DNA from: an uncultured Planctomycetaceae bacterium
Lineage (GTDB): Bacteria; Planctomycetota; Planctomycetia; Planctomycetales; Planctomycetaceae
Reading direction: 5' to 3'
Assembly: GCA_963813715.1 (NCBI GenBank)
Contig: CAWFAK010000007.1
Span: 640,001-704,000 of the forward strand
Length of the DNA stretch: 64,000 bases
Shown here: positions 22,679 to 34,691 of the stretch, one piece after another
How positions within the stretch are numbered: the first letter of the stretch is position 1
Layout: every line of letters begins with the position of its first letter
Notes under the pieces: model-generated
What the model was told of the DNA's origin: nothing
The model's input: only the letters and a program-made list of their open reading frames with translations
Databases searched by the model: none
Translations under genes and position numbers: made by a program

Positions 22679-23387
22679 CACCTCGGGATGTAAGTTACTC
22701 GGCAGAACGACTTACGACAAGCGATCCCGCTGCTTGCACTGCTGCTTGCACCGAAGATCAGGTTTCGGCAAGAGACGACGCTACTACAGCCGCTCAAACG
22801 ACCCCGGCACTACAGGCCGTCGTTCAGCCTGGCCGGCACTCCCCGAGGCGTTTGAGACACGCGATTGTTGCCCTGGTTAACTGGACCCGAAAAGCGTAAG
22901 GCAATAAGGCGCTGGCGCGTTTCCCTCTCGCGTCACCCGCGATTGGTGTGGTTCAGGCGAGCGTGAGTCAGCCGTTTACGCCCCGTCTCGCTCCGCCTCG
23001 GCTGGCGAAAGCGTAACAATTTCAGGGGCCCCAGCGACGAGTCGACGGTGAAACCATTCAGGTGGAGGAACCGCAACAGGCAATAGCCCCGGCGGCGAAA
23101 GGGGCGCCTGCGGGACTTTCTTCCGACCACGGTCACGACCTCCTTCAGGGTCGCCGGAGCGTGTAAAGGCGAGGCTCGTTGCAGTCGTCGGAAGAGAACT
23201 GCCGTAACTCGGCCGTTTACAATTTGCGGCTCGCAAGTGAGTCCGCATTGGCGCAAGGAAACACTGGCCACTTCCGCGCCGCCAGATCTGTGCGCATCAA
23301 CACTGATAACCGTGCGGGGACGCAGCCCATTCGGGGGCCAGACGGTCAATTCACGGGGTCAGCGACACTCGTGGAACGAGAACGCTA

Positions 23388-23825
23388 TCAGCCGAGCGGA
23401 ATGTACGCTTGGAGTTTCTCCAGCAGCTGGCCGAAATTCAGGGGCTTGGAGAGGTAGTCGTCGGCCTGTTCGTGCGATGTGTGACGTCGTGCGGAGAAAG
23501 CGTCGCCCGTCAACATCAGGACGGGGATCTTCTTCGTTGTCGGATGATGCCGTAGACGGGCCAGGACCTGTCGACCGTTTTGGCCGGGCATGCAGAGGTC
23601 CAGCAGAATCAGGTCGGGCCGTTTCTCCACAGCCGCCGAGAATCCATCCTCACCGTTGGTCGCGCAGACAACGGTCACTCCGAAGCGCGCCAATCGCATT
23701 TGCCAAATCCTGGCAATTTCCGCGTCGTCGTCAATGCAGACGATCGTCGGAGTTGATCGTGTCGCCGGGCATCGGATGTCGTTGCAACCGCAAACCGCTT
23801 CGGTCGTATGGAGCATTTCGTTCAT
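23388..23825 (-). CDS. Single-domain response regulator
   Basis: CIDDD, PDLILLDLCMPGQNG, MLTG, YLSKP. Confidence 0.9.
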   Translation of the reverse strand: MNEMLHTTEAVCGCNDIRCPATRSTPTIVCIDDDAEIARIWQMRLARFGVTVVCATNGEDGFSAAVEKRPDLILLDLCMPGQNGRQVLARLRHHPTTKKIPVLMLTGDAFSARRHTSHEQADDYLSKPLNFGQLLEKLQAYIPLG

Positions 23826-23883
23826 TCGCCTGTTCTCGAGATCGTTCGACCCCGATCAGCGCCGGTTGATCATTCAACGCTGC

Positions 23884-24302
23884 TCAGCCGCAGGCGTGAA
23901 ACTGCGGTTCGGACGTGGCAGGGTCGCTTGCGACCGGCGGGCCCAGGATTTCGGCAAGCAGGGGCTCAAGCCGGCTCCAGACGTCGGGGCACTTTTCGAC
24001 GTAGTAGGCGCACAGGTCGTGGCAGCGGATGATCGTTTCCGGATCCTCTGCGCCGTCATGATGGCAACGGGAATTGACCGACACGCCTCGTCGGACGCGA
24101 GCATTTCACAAACACTCAGCCCGTTGCCAGCCGGCATTTCGACGTCCAAGCAGGCCATGTCGGGAGCTTCGGCCTTCGCCAACGACAAGGCGGTGAAGGC
24201 GTCGTAAGCCAGCAGCACCTTCAGTCCGCGGCGGCGACAGCGAAAGGCAATCGCGGCCACAAGCTCACGATCGTCATCGGCAATTAGTAGGGCTTTTTGC
24301 AT
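23884..24302 (-). CDS. Response regulator, frameshift near 24055
   Basis: IADDD, CLDVEMPAGNG, IMT; YVEK in the shifted frame. Confidence 0.85.
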
Positions 24303-24392
24303 CGGCCTAGAGACCTTTCGGGCGGGTATCGCGTCAGTTCAGCGGATTTGCGCGGCGATAGGCTATCGCTATGGGCGGAGACGGGCAGAACC

Positions 24393-25592
24393 TCAGGCGG
24401 GGCCTTGTTTTGAGCCGGATTCTACGGGCACACCCTTTTCGACCCAGCGTCCAATTGTGGAGAGCAGGCGGGTCTGATCCTCGGGAAGTCGCCACAGTCC
24501 GTAGGACTGCAGAGAGACTTCCGGCATCGGCCGACCGAGCCGTCGCCGATTGATCTTTTGACGCCGACGCTCGATCCGCCGGCACAAGCTCTCCCTGCCA
24601 ACCCGCCGTTGGACAATGCTCAACAACCATCGCGTCCCATCCAGCTCGACCGCCAGATCGCGTCGACCGATGATCGAGTTGAGAATATTTCCGACGTCGC
24701 GGGATAGATCTTCGTCGTCGGCTTCACGAATGCTAGCGCGAAAAGAGACACGCGCCGTGCGTCGGGGTGGTGCCTCATCGCGCGGACCAGGTGCCGGCGC
24801 AAGACCTCGACCGAATCGGCGAGCGGAAATCCGATCCACAGCGTGGCTCCGGTCGCGTCGTCCGTCGCCGCGACGCGACCCAGGTTGCACGCGATGAGTT
24901 GTGCGGCGAGAGCCAGCTCGCGGGAGCGGATCATCTCGTCGGTCTCTTTTTCCGCCGCCTGCGCACCGGGCAAGTTCGCCGAGGAGTTCAAGAGTCGCCG
25001 CAGAACTCGGGCCATCTATGCACAGGCGAATGCCCACTTCCTTCAAGTCCCAATCGACGTCCTGCGAGATAGTGATACGACCAGACTCGGCGGCGAGGTT
25101 CAGGACACCGCTCACGATGTTGGCGATCGCCCGGGCGACCGAATCAGCATCGCAATGGATATCAGGCAGGTCCGCGTTCGGCTCGAAATGAAGATCAATC
25201 TTGCGCACCGTCGCTTTGCGCAAGAGCTGCGGGCGGATCTGGGTCAGAATGTCGGCTAGGCGGCAACGGCCGCCCCACACACGATGGCTCTTGGTGCCCA
25301 GCTTGCTCGCATCGATCGCATTGTCAACCGCGCGATTCAAATCGGAGGCGCGATCGGCGACCACGTCCAGAATGCGCCGCTGCTCGTCGGTGAGATCGCC
25401 GACGAGCCCTTCACTCATGAGAGTCGCATATTCTTGAATGACCGTCAGCGGCGTGCGAACATCGTGGGCCAGGCTCTCGCTGAACGTGGTGAACCGACTG
25501 GGATGCGGCCGCCGCTGTCGGCGTCGGCCGCCCCGCAATCCGGCGTGAATCCCGTCTGCGACACCTCGCGTGGAGCTCGATCGATCAGTCAT
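24393..25592 (-). CDS. Histidine kinase-like protein (intact H-box, degenerate ATPase domain), frameshifted
   Basis: LAHDVRTPLTVIQEY..EGLVGDL; N-box region AIANIVSG. Confidence 0.75.
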   Translation of the reverse strand: MTDRSSSTRGVADGIHAGLRGGRRRQRRPHPSRFTTFSESLAHDVRTPLTVIQEYATLMSEGLVGDLTDEQRRILDVVADRASDLNRAVDNAIDASKLGTKSHRVWGGRCRLADILTQIRPQLLRKATVRKIDLHFEPNADLPDIHCDADSVARAIANIVSGVLNLAAESGRITISQDVDWDLKEVGIRLCIDGPSSAATLELLGELARCAGGGKRDRRDDPLPRAGSRRTTHRVQPGSRRGDGRRDRSHAVDRISARRFGRGLAPAPGPRDEAPPRRTARVSFRASIREADDEDLSRDVGNILNSIIGRRDLAVELDGTRWLLSIVQRRVGRESLCRRIERRRQKINRRRLGRPMPEVSLQSYGLWRLPEDQTRLLSTIGRWVEKGVPVESGSKQGPA

Positions 25593-25775
25593 CGCTTAGG
25601 CTCGCACCGGCCGGCCTGGAACCGGGACTCACTGTCCCTCTCAACTCTAGGTCGGGCCGCTCGATTGTCCAACGAAATCGATTGGGGTCTTGTGGTGTTT
25701 GGCAACGCGCAGTTGTCACGCGGCAACTGTCCTCATTCGTCGACACAAAGCGACAGGCGAGGGAACGGATTCGAC

Positions 25776-28743
25776 CTAACGTTTGGCCGTCCGTTCGCAG
25801 ACTTCGCGGACTTTCCGCGCGAGGTCGTGGGTGGAAAATGGCTTTTGCAAATAGGTTGCTCCATTCTTCAAGAGATCGGAGCGGCGGACCTCCTCTTCGC
25901 CGTAGCCGGAGATATAAAGCACGCCGATCGGACGGCTTGAGGGCGGTGACACGCAGAGCCAGCTCGGGCCCTCTCATCGCCGGCAACATCACGTCGGCGA
26001 TCAGCAGGTCGATCTCGGCTGCGTTCTGCCTGCTGAGCTCGAGTGCATGTAACGGTTCGCTGGCGGCGAAGACCCGATAACCCTGTGCGGTCAGACCGCG
26101 CATGATGAGTTGGCGTACGCGATCATCGTCTTCGACCAGGAGAATGGTTTCATCGCCGTCGCGGCAACGACGTCGGGTGCGGAGTCAACCTGCCAAGGAG
26201 CCAATCCCGGCGCAAGAGCGGGAGCAGGATCCGGAAGGTCGTTCCCCGTCTTGGGAGCACTTTCGACTTCGATCCGTCCGCCGTACTCGGCGACGATCTC
26301 GGACACCGTGGCGAGCCCCATGCCCACACCTTTGCCGGTCCCCTTGGTGGTGAAAAACGGCTCGAAAATCCGTTTGCGGGTCGCTTCGTCCATGCCAGAG
26401 CCGCTGTCGCTGACCGAAAGCAGCACGTAGCGACCCAGGGGCACACGCGGAAACTTCGATAAGTCCCTGTCGTCCCGGCTCGAGGCTCTGAGTTCCGATG
26501 GCAAGCTGCCCGCCGTGCGGCATGGCGTCGCGCGCGTTGACCACCAGATTCATAAGCACTTGTTCGATGTGCCCGGGATCGGCATGGACACGACCGACGC
26601 TCGGAGAAAGCCCGTCGATGAGCACGATGTGTTCGCCGATCAGGCGGCCGATCATCTTCTGCATGTCGGCGATGTGGGCATTCAGGTCGACGGCATCGGT
26701 TCGGCGGACTCTTTGCGGCAGAAACCCAGCAATTGCCGGGTCAGTCCAGCCGCGCGTTTACCGGCCCCCAGAATCTCGCCGATCAGATCGCGATTAGGAC
26801 CGTTCGCCGGGGTCTTCCAGGACGATCTCGCCGTAGCCCAGGATGATCGTCAGCAGGTTGTTGAAGTCGTGGGCGACGCCGCCCACGAGCCGGCCGACGG
26901 TATCCATCTTTTTCGCCTGGAGCGGATCTGCCGCGCATCGTTCAACGAGATCTTTCGTGCTCGTATTCGAGGAACTGGCCGAACTGTTCGGCAATCATGC
27001 CCAGGAACTCGACCAAAGCGTTTTCGGCTTCGCCGATTTCCATGGCGAAGAACAACAGCACGCCACGGTCGGCCTGATCTATCCCGATGGGAATGCCGAT
27101 CAAATCCTGGAGCCCGCAGCGCGCGGCGAGCTCGCCGCGCGGCAACCCATTCGCCGCCCCGGACGCGGACGAGGCGGCAGCGGAGAAGCAGCGCGCGAAT
27201 TTGCCGTCGAGAATCTGTCGAGCAAACTCGGCCATTGATTCCTCGCCGTCGTCTTGGCTCGCGCGGTCGAACTCCTTCGCGTTGGCAGCCGACGCGTGCC
27301 AGCAGGCGAGCCGCCGCCACACTTCGCCCGACGAATCTTGCACCAGTACTCGCCGACCTCCCAGCCGAAACCGGTGCCGAGCACGCTCACGAGCGCCAGG
27401 CGCCTCGTCGGCCGTTCGGCTCTCCGCGATGACGCTCGTAACACGCTTTTGCACGTCCAGAAAACGTTCGCTCCGTTTGCGATCCCGTTGGTCGCAAAGC
27501 GTGAGCCACGCACCGTGGACGCCGCCCGTGGAATCGAAGAGAGGCACCGCCGAGAGCGCGACGTCGATCAGCCGGCCCTCCTGCGTCAGCAGCTTTGTTT
27601 CCACTTTCTCGGTGGCGCGGCCGAGCAGCGCACCACCGACGCACGCTTCCAGCACGGCGTGGCTCTGTTCCGTCGCGATCGGCAAAGATTGGCCCAGCAC
27701 GTCCGCGGCCTTCCAGCGCAAGAGCCGTTCCGCCCCCTCGCTCCACACGACCACATGCTGATTGACGTCGATGCGGCAAAAACCGACGACGGCCGTGTCG
27801 AGCAGCCGGTCGCGCTCCCTGCGGCTCTCCAGCAATTCCTCCTCGCGGATCAGTCGGGTGAGCACGTTGCCGATCTCGAGCGAGATCGTTTCGACAAGCG
27901 TTGCTCCGGCGAACCGCAGGCCTTGGCAAAAAAAACGGCCAGCACGGCGATGACGTGATCGACTGTCCGCACTGGCTGCAGAATCAGTCCACGAAACGGC
28001 GCCCTCCGGAAGAGCTTTGGCTCGCCCGGCGACGCGCGGGTCGCAGCCGACGTCGGCGATCACCAGCGGAACGTCGTTCTCGCCGACCCGTCGCACCTCC
28101 GACTCGAACAGCGTCGGATCGAGTGAGCGATCGGACGCTGCCGCAGTCCGGGCTTGCAGCACAAGGTCGCTGCTTGCGAGCGGGCGGGTCCAAATCTGGA
28201 CGTCCGGCACGTCGAGATGACGCTGGATCAATTCTGTCCAGACTTCGAGAATCTGGTCCGACGACGTCCCGCCGCCGAACGCCGCCCAGATATCGGCGCG
28301 GAGAGACGCGATGGTGGCCCGCCGCCGTGCAATCCTTTCGGCCTCGTGCCGCTCCGAGGTTTCCATGGCGATAATCGCGAAGACCCGCTGTATCGCGAGC
28401 GGCCGGGTCTGGCAGTAGAGCCATTTGAAACTGCCGTCGCCGCAGCGGAAGCGTGCCTCGAACGCCTCGGGGGGCGCGTCGCCATCCGGATCGCAGAGCT
28501 GACGAACGAGAAACTGCGCAGTCGTCGGGATGGACGAAGGGGGCGAACGAACGGCCGACCAGGCTTTGCTGAGAATGCCCCAAGAGCTGGGACCAGGGCG
28601 CGTTCATCCGCTGAAAACGGCCGTCGTAACCGATGAGGCAGAACGGGGCCGGGACGTCGTCGAGCGTGCAGTGCTCGGCAGCGGCCGCAGCAGGCGACAG
28701 GCGCGAACGGCAAGTCGGCGGGGACGTTCGACGGATGGTTCAT
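25776..28743 (-). CDS. PAS/GAF hybrid sensor histidine kinase with receiver domain, many frameshifts
   Basis: FVHPDD PAS, GAF segments, [48 protein letters not shown]. Confidence 0.88.
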
Positions 28744-28780
28744 CCTGAAACTCCTAGGTCCCTGCGAGCTGGGCTGTCGC

Positions 28781-30322
28781 TCACTCGACCAGGTAAACGT
28801 CCTTCGCAGGCGGCAGGGGCTGCGACGGTGCCAAGGTGGTCTGCAGAATATTGGCAAACCGAATCGAGCCGGCCACGAGACTCATGTCGAATGTTCCGTT
28901 CGCCGCGAAGCACGATCTGGGCGTACTTTCCGTAAACCTGTCCTTGCAGAGTTCCCGCCAGCAGCAGTTGCTGGTCGGCCAGCACGATCGGGCTGCGATC
29001 GACGCGCCGCTGGTAAATCAGCAGTCCGTTGAAGGGGCTGGCCGGGGCATTGAGACCGCTGGTAACTGCTCCCAAGAAGCGAGGCGATCACCACGCTGGG
29101 GATCTGCGTCATGGCCGTGGGCGGCGGGGCGACCGTGTTGCCATCGGAGGCATCCGGAGCGCCGGTAAGCGGCGTGTAGTTGGTCGTGTTCGTGATGTAG
29201 AACATCACGCCGTTGGCGGTGACAATTCCTCCGGTGACGTTGAGGCCAATTTGCGTGGTCGGGTTGACGCTGCGAATGATATAGACGCCCGGATTGAAAA
29301 CCGCCGCCCCACTGACGATCTCGATCCAGTCGTAAACGCCCGGATTCAGGACCTTCGCCGGGCTGATCAGGGGCACGCCGGTCACCTGCACGCCGCCATA
29401 GGTCGTCGCGCTGACATTCGCCGGATCGACGGCGACCGTCGGAGCGGGCAGATTGACGAACGGATCGGGAACCGGCAACTGGTTGGCACGCAGCGGGCTC
29501 TTCTGGCCCGACGTGAAGTTGCCATAGTTCGACGGATTGTCGACGCCGCCAACCACTCGAATGTTGCGCCAACAGACTCGTCAGAGAAATCAGCGGCATG
29601 CACGCGGCCCCGTAGGGTGGGCCGGCCGATGAACCAACCTGATTGCCGTTCTGATCGACTCCGCCCCATTGATTGTTGTCGAGGACGGCGCCGTTCACGG
29701 AGAGCTGCCCCAGTCCCAATATTTCAAGGCCTCCCAGCTGGAGGGCGGGCAACGTCTCGGAAAGCGTCACGTAGGGAGCCAGGTTGGCGGTCACTCCCGG
29801 CGGATTGGCTTCCAGAACGTCGACCGCCGCTCCCGCGGTCGACGCCTCGATCCCGGCGACGGACCGCACCCGAATCGTGGGCGGCGACAAGGTCCCGAGC
29901 ACCTGCATGAAGAAGGTCGTTTTCTGCTCGACTGGCGATCACCTCCACATAGTTGGCATTCCCCGCGTAGGGCCCCGACTGCGGCGGGATATTGACCACT
30001 ACATTGGCGTCGGTGAAGCCGTTTTCGGTCTGGACGCAAGCCACAGCCGCCGCCGTCGCGGCTTCCGCGGTGCCGACGTTGTAGAGGGCTGTCGCGGCCT
30101 CCGTCGCCGCACCGTCGCTGGCGTGTTGCAGGTTGCGGTAGTCGGCCATCAGCAGACTGCTGTCGAGCACCAGCCCCGCAAATCCGCAGAGCACCGGCAG
30201 CAAGATCGCCATCATCACGAGAATCTTGCCGCTACGGTTCGCCCGCAGGTGTTTCGTTCCGGACGGGCGCTACCCCTGTGGTCGTACTGAAAATCAGATT
30301 TCTTGCTGGCCCGGGGTCGCAT
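28781..30322 (-). CDS. TadG-like pilus-associated protein, frameshifted
   Basis: [30 protein letters not shown] Tad N-terminal signature; long beta-rich C-terminal domain (LNPGVY repeats). Confidence 0.8.
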
Positions 30323-30336
30323 CGGCTTCCCCTCAT

Positions 30337-30863
30337 TCAGTGTTGGACGGACATGGTGCTGACAGCTTGGATCGGTATCGTCTGGGTCCCAGCACGTAGG
30401 GGAGAATCGGCGCGTATTGATAAGTCAGCGTGACCTGGACCGGGTCATCCGGCTGATTCGTTCCTGAGGGCCATTGGATCGAATAGTTCACGCTGCTCAG
30501 GTTGAAGGTGACCAGTTCCGGGCTGAGTGCGTGGCGTAGTCGCTGCCGTCGGCCGCGGTCCCGCTGACAGTGTCCGGCCCCCAAACTGTCTGTGCCGGCG
30601 CGGCCATCTGGCCGTGCACGATCGCGACACGTGCCAGTCGTCGCGCCGCTTCGCTCATCGTGTTGTAATCGAGCACGAGCAGACCCAGATCGAGCATGCC
30701 GAACAGGATCAGCAGAAAGACGATGAGCACGATGCGCCCCCTCGACGGCGGCAACGCCGCGCCGCGGATGCTCTGTCGCGCATGGTTTGGTTCTGGCGAA
30801 TCGTGCGTTTGAAGATTCATGGCGGCTCTCGTCTGATGAGCACTCGAGTCCACGTCTGTTCAC
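30337..30863 (-). CDS. TadE/F-like pseudopilin, frameshifted
   Basis: RRGVAAVE..IVLIVFLLILFGMLDLG..AARRLAR. Confidence 0.85.
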
Positions 30864-31300
30864 CGGAAACGATCCATCGTCACCGAATGAGTCACGGAAA
30901 ATTGCCCGGGCAGTCCCGGGATGCTCGTCAGCATGTCGAAGCGGTAGTTCGCCTGGACGGTCGCCCGATAAAGGTTGCCGGTCGTGGGCGTGGCCGTCAC
31001 CGTGACGGTCAGCTGATTCGGATTGAACGACTGCCCGTCCCCTGCATTTCTTGCGTGGCCGCGGCGATCACCTGGTTTTGCCAGGACGTATACGAGAAGG
31101 GCGTGTAGCCATGCGTGGCGCCGTATTCGGCCCCGACGCGGGCGGCGTTGGAGACGATGATGTAGGCCCCGATCGAACGCCCCAGATCGACGCAGCCAAA
31201 AACCAACAGCACCAGCAGCGGTAGAACGATTGCGAACTCGACGGCCGCCGCGCCCGCCCGGCGACCGACGACGCCGGATCAAGCTGCGTGATGTCCCCAT
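30860..31300 (-). CDS. TadE-like pseudopilin, frameshifted
   Basis: GAAAVEFAIVLPLLVLLVFGCVDLGR..NAARVGAEYG. Confidence 0.88.
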   Translation of the reverse strand: MGTSRSLIRRRRSPGGRGGRRVRNRSTAAGAVGFWLRRSGAFDRGLHHRLQRRPRRGRIRRHAWLHALLVYVLAKPGDRRGHARNAGDGQSFNPNQLTVTVTATPTTGNLYRATVQANYRFDMLTSIPGLPGQFSVTHSVTMDRFR

Positions 31301-31347
31301 GAGACAACCTCGTGCGAGCGATCGCTCCGACTTCTAAACCGTTGCGA

Positions 31348-32290
31348 TCAGTTGCTCCGCACCTCGGCCGGCGGCGGAGCCGAGAACTTTTCGTAAAGCA
31401 GGACGGCGGCCGGTCCCACCAGCACGACAAAAATCGCCGGAAAAATGCAAAGAAGCGTCGGGAACAGGATTTTCACCGAGGCCTTTTGTGCCAACTCCTC
31501 CGCCCGCTGCTCGCGGTGGTAGCGCATCATTTCCGCCTGCGTCCGCAGTGCATTCGGTGACGCTCGTGCCGAACCGGCGCGCCTGCTCGAACAGCGTGCT
31601 CAAGCTGAAAAGGGAGGCCAGGTCGGAACGTTCCGCAAAACTGCGGATGGCGACGTCGGGAGTGGCGCCGAGCTCGATTTGCCGCTGGACGACGGCCATC
31701 TCGCCCGCCAACAGCGGATGGCCAGGGTCAATTCGTCGGTCACGCGCTGCAGCGCCGCCTCCATGCTCAATCCGCTTTGGACGCAGGCGACCAACAGGTC
31801 GAGGAGATCGGGCAGCGATCGGCAGAGCTCGCCTGTCGTCGGCTCTTGCGGCGTCGAGCCACAAGCTGGGCAGAGCAGGCCAAATCTCCGCCGGCGATCC
31901 CCGCAGAACAGGGCCGTCCGCGGATCGGAGAAGCCGGATTGCCCCAAGCAGCAAACCGACCAGCGGGGGCGCGACGATCAGCACAATTTGACCAAGAGGA
32001 AAAGGCACGGAGCCCAGGGGGCGTAAATTCCGGCGTGCATCAGTCGGGCTTCCAGCTGTGTGCGTTCGCGTTGGTCGTTGGGGACGAGCCGGGCGGCAAT
32101 CGAGAGACTCCGGCCGCGCAGCTGTATCCCCGGCCAAAGGTCGGGCCGACTCGGCTTTCCGCGAGGAACGAACGCGGCCGTCGGCAGGTCGCGCAGCCGG
32201 GCGTCGACGCGTTCGTCGATCGCCCAAATCCGCTGCAAGGAACACCAGCGTCACGCCGCTGACGGCCGAGAAACGTACAGAACATGACAT
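31348..32290 (-). CDS. tadC: TadC (T2SS F family), frameshifted
   Basis: [48 protein letters not shown]. Confidence 0.88.
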
Positions 32291-32320
32291 GAGGCTGTCC
32301 AGCTCATCGCTGGTCTTTCC

Positions 32321-33262
32321 TCAGTATCGAAATTCACGATCCGTCGAATCCAAAAGACACCGACAGCTTCCGCGACGAGGACGGCCATCAGCAACGCGGA
32401 CGATCCAGCAGAATCTGCGCGTACGTCGGTTGAGAAAAAACGCCACGAATGCCATCACCGGCAGGATCGAGAGCACGACGGCCTGCAGGCGGCCTTCGCT
32501 CGTGCAGGCCTTGACTTTGCCAACCATCCGGATCCGCTTGCGAATGACATCCGACAGGTTGTCCAGAATTTCGACGGGTTGCCGCCCGCGTGCCGTGCAC
32601 CAGCATGGCCACGACAAACAATTGCAATTCCATCACGCTGGTGCGCCGGGCCAACTCCTGCAAGGCGACTTCGTGCGACAAACCCAAGTTTTGCTGCTCG
32701 CAGCAGCAGGCGAATTCCCCGAAAGCGGCGGCTTCAGTTGCGTGCGACCAGGGACATCGCGCCCGGCATCGTCTGCCCGGCCCTGACGGCGCGGCTCATG
32801 AGCTCGAACGCTTCGGGAAGCTGCTGGCACAGCGTCTGGATCCGCGCTTGCGGCCGATGTGAACGTAGAACAGCGGCGCAGCGAACCCGCAATGCGGCCA
32901 GCAAGCCGACCGGCCAGAGCCGCGTGAGCGTGAACCCCAGGACCGCCACCAGAGCCGCCGTCGCGGCAATCTGCAGGATTCGTTCCGGCTCGACCTGCAG
33001 GCCCGATTGCACGACCGTCGCCGACAAGCGCTGCCAGAACGGCGGCGCGGCGCGCCGTTTGCGCGTCGCAGAGACTTTGAGGTCCTTGAAAAGATCGGAT
33101 TTGCTGCGATCGTCCGTCCGCGTCGATTCCGAACTGGTCCCGGATCCGGTCGCGGATCCGCGCTTTTTCGCGCAGCACGAGATCGGAGATGATGGAGAAG
33201 ACCCCGACGACCGTCAGGGCGGCCGCCGCGAACGTCGCCAAATTGATGAGTTTCGGGTCCAT
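32321..33262 (-). CDS. tadB: TadB (T2SS F family), frameshifted
   Basis: [31 protein letters not shown]. Confidence 0.88.
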
Positions 33263-34626
33263 CACCGCACGCTGTGTGGGCGAGGGGTCGAGTCGGTTCG
33301 GCTCGAGGATGCGCCGCTCAAAGATCAGCGGATCGACACGCTATGACCGTGCGCCGCAGGTGCTCCAGGCACGCGGGCGCAGGCCGGTGGCTCTGAAGAT
33401 GCCCACCGGCGACCTTGTTTTCGTCCACGCCCGTTTGCTCGAACACGAACAGGTCGTGCATCGTGATGACTTCTCCTTCCGCGCCGGTCACCTCGGAGAT
33501 CTGAACGACCTTGCGGGCTCCTCCGGCCAACCGCGAGCACTGCACGACGATGTTGATCGCCGAGGCAATTTGCCGGTGGATGAACCAGATCGGCAGGTCG
33601 AATCCGGCCATGCCGATCAGCATTTCGAGGCGGCTGATCGCGTCGCGGGTGTTGTTGGCGTGAATCGTCGTCAGGCCGCCGTCGTGTCCGGTGGTCATGG
33701 CCTGCAGCATGTCGAAGGCCTCGGCTCCGCGGCATTCGCCGACGATGATGCGATCGGGCCGCATCCGCAGCGCGTTGCGGACCAGGTCGCGGGTGGTCAC
33801 TTCTCCCTTGCCTTCGAGGTTGGCCGGCCGCGTCTCCATCCGGGCGACGTGCGGCTGCTGCAGCTGCAGTTCGGCGGCGTCTTCGATCGTGGCGATCCGC
33901 TCGTCGTCGGAGATGTAGGCCGAGAGCATGTTGAGGAAGGTCGTTTTGCCGCTGCCGGTGCCTCCGGAGATCAGGATGTTGAGCCGGCGCGCACGCACGC
34001 GGCCAGGAATTCGACCATCTCGGGCGTCACGGATTTTCGGGCGATCAGGTCGCTGGCCAGCAGCGGGCGGGACAGAAGCGGCGGATCGAAACCAGGGCCC
34101 CGTCGAGAGCCAGCGGGCGGATGACCGCGTTGACGCGGCTGCCATCGGGCAAGGCGGGCGTCGACCATGGGGCTCGATTCGTCGAGCCGGCGGCCGACGC
34201 GGCTGGCGATCCGCTGCACGATCTCCAGCACGTGCTGCTCGTCGTGAAAGACGACGTACGTGCGTTCCAGCCGGCCGCGGCGTTCGACGTAAACGGTCCG
34301 CGGGCCGTTGATCAGGATGTCGGTGATCGTCGGGTCGCGCAACAGCGGATCGATCGGCCCGAGCCCCAGCATCTCGTCGATGATTTCGTTGATGAGCCGC
34401 TCGCGCTCCTCCTGGCTCATCAGCTCGGCGCGGTCATTGCAAAGCTGCTCGATTCCCCGCCGCAGCTCGCGGCGCAGCTCGTAATCATCGACGTGCCGAT
34501 CGAGGGAAGGTGCAGCCGCGTAACGAGCTGCTTATGGATCTCTTTCTTCAGTCGAACGAGCCGCTCGTTGCCGATGGCCTGACTGCCTGTCGAAGGGGCG
34601 GTCCGGGGTCCAATGGGCTGAAACAC
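33262..34626 (-). CDS. cpaF: CpaF/TadA pilus assembly ATPase, frameshifted
   Basis: [48 protein letters not shown]. Confidence 0.93.
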
Positions 34627-34691
34627 GATCTATCCTCTCCTGCGGTTCGGTTCAATCTCGGATTAGCTGGGATGCGGTCAGCTGCTCGGGC

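Noticed and set aside
22933..23349. 138-aa ORF at the left island end
   Set aside because: No recognisable motif; cannot be supported as a gene
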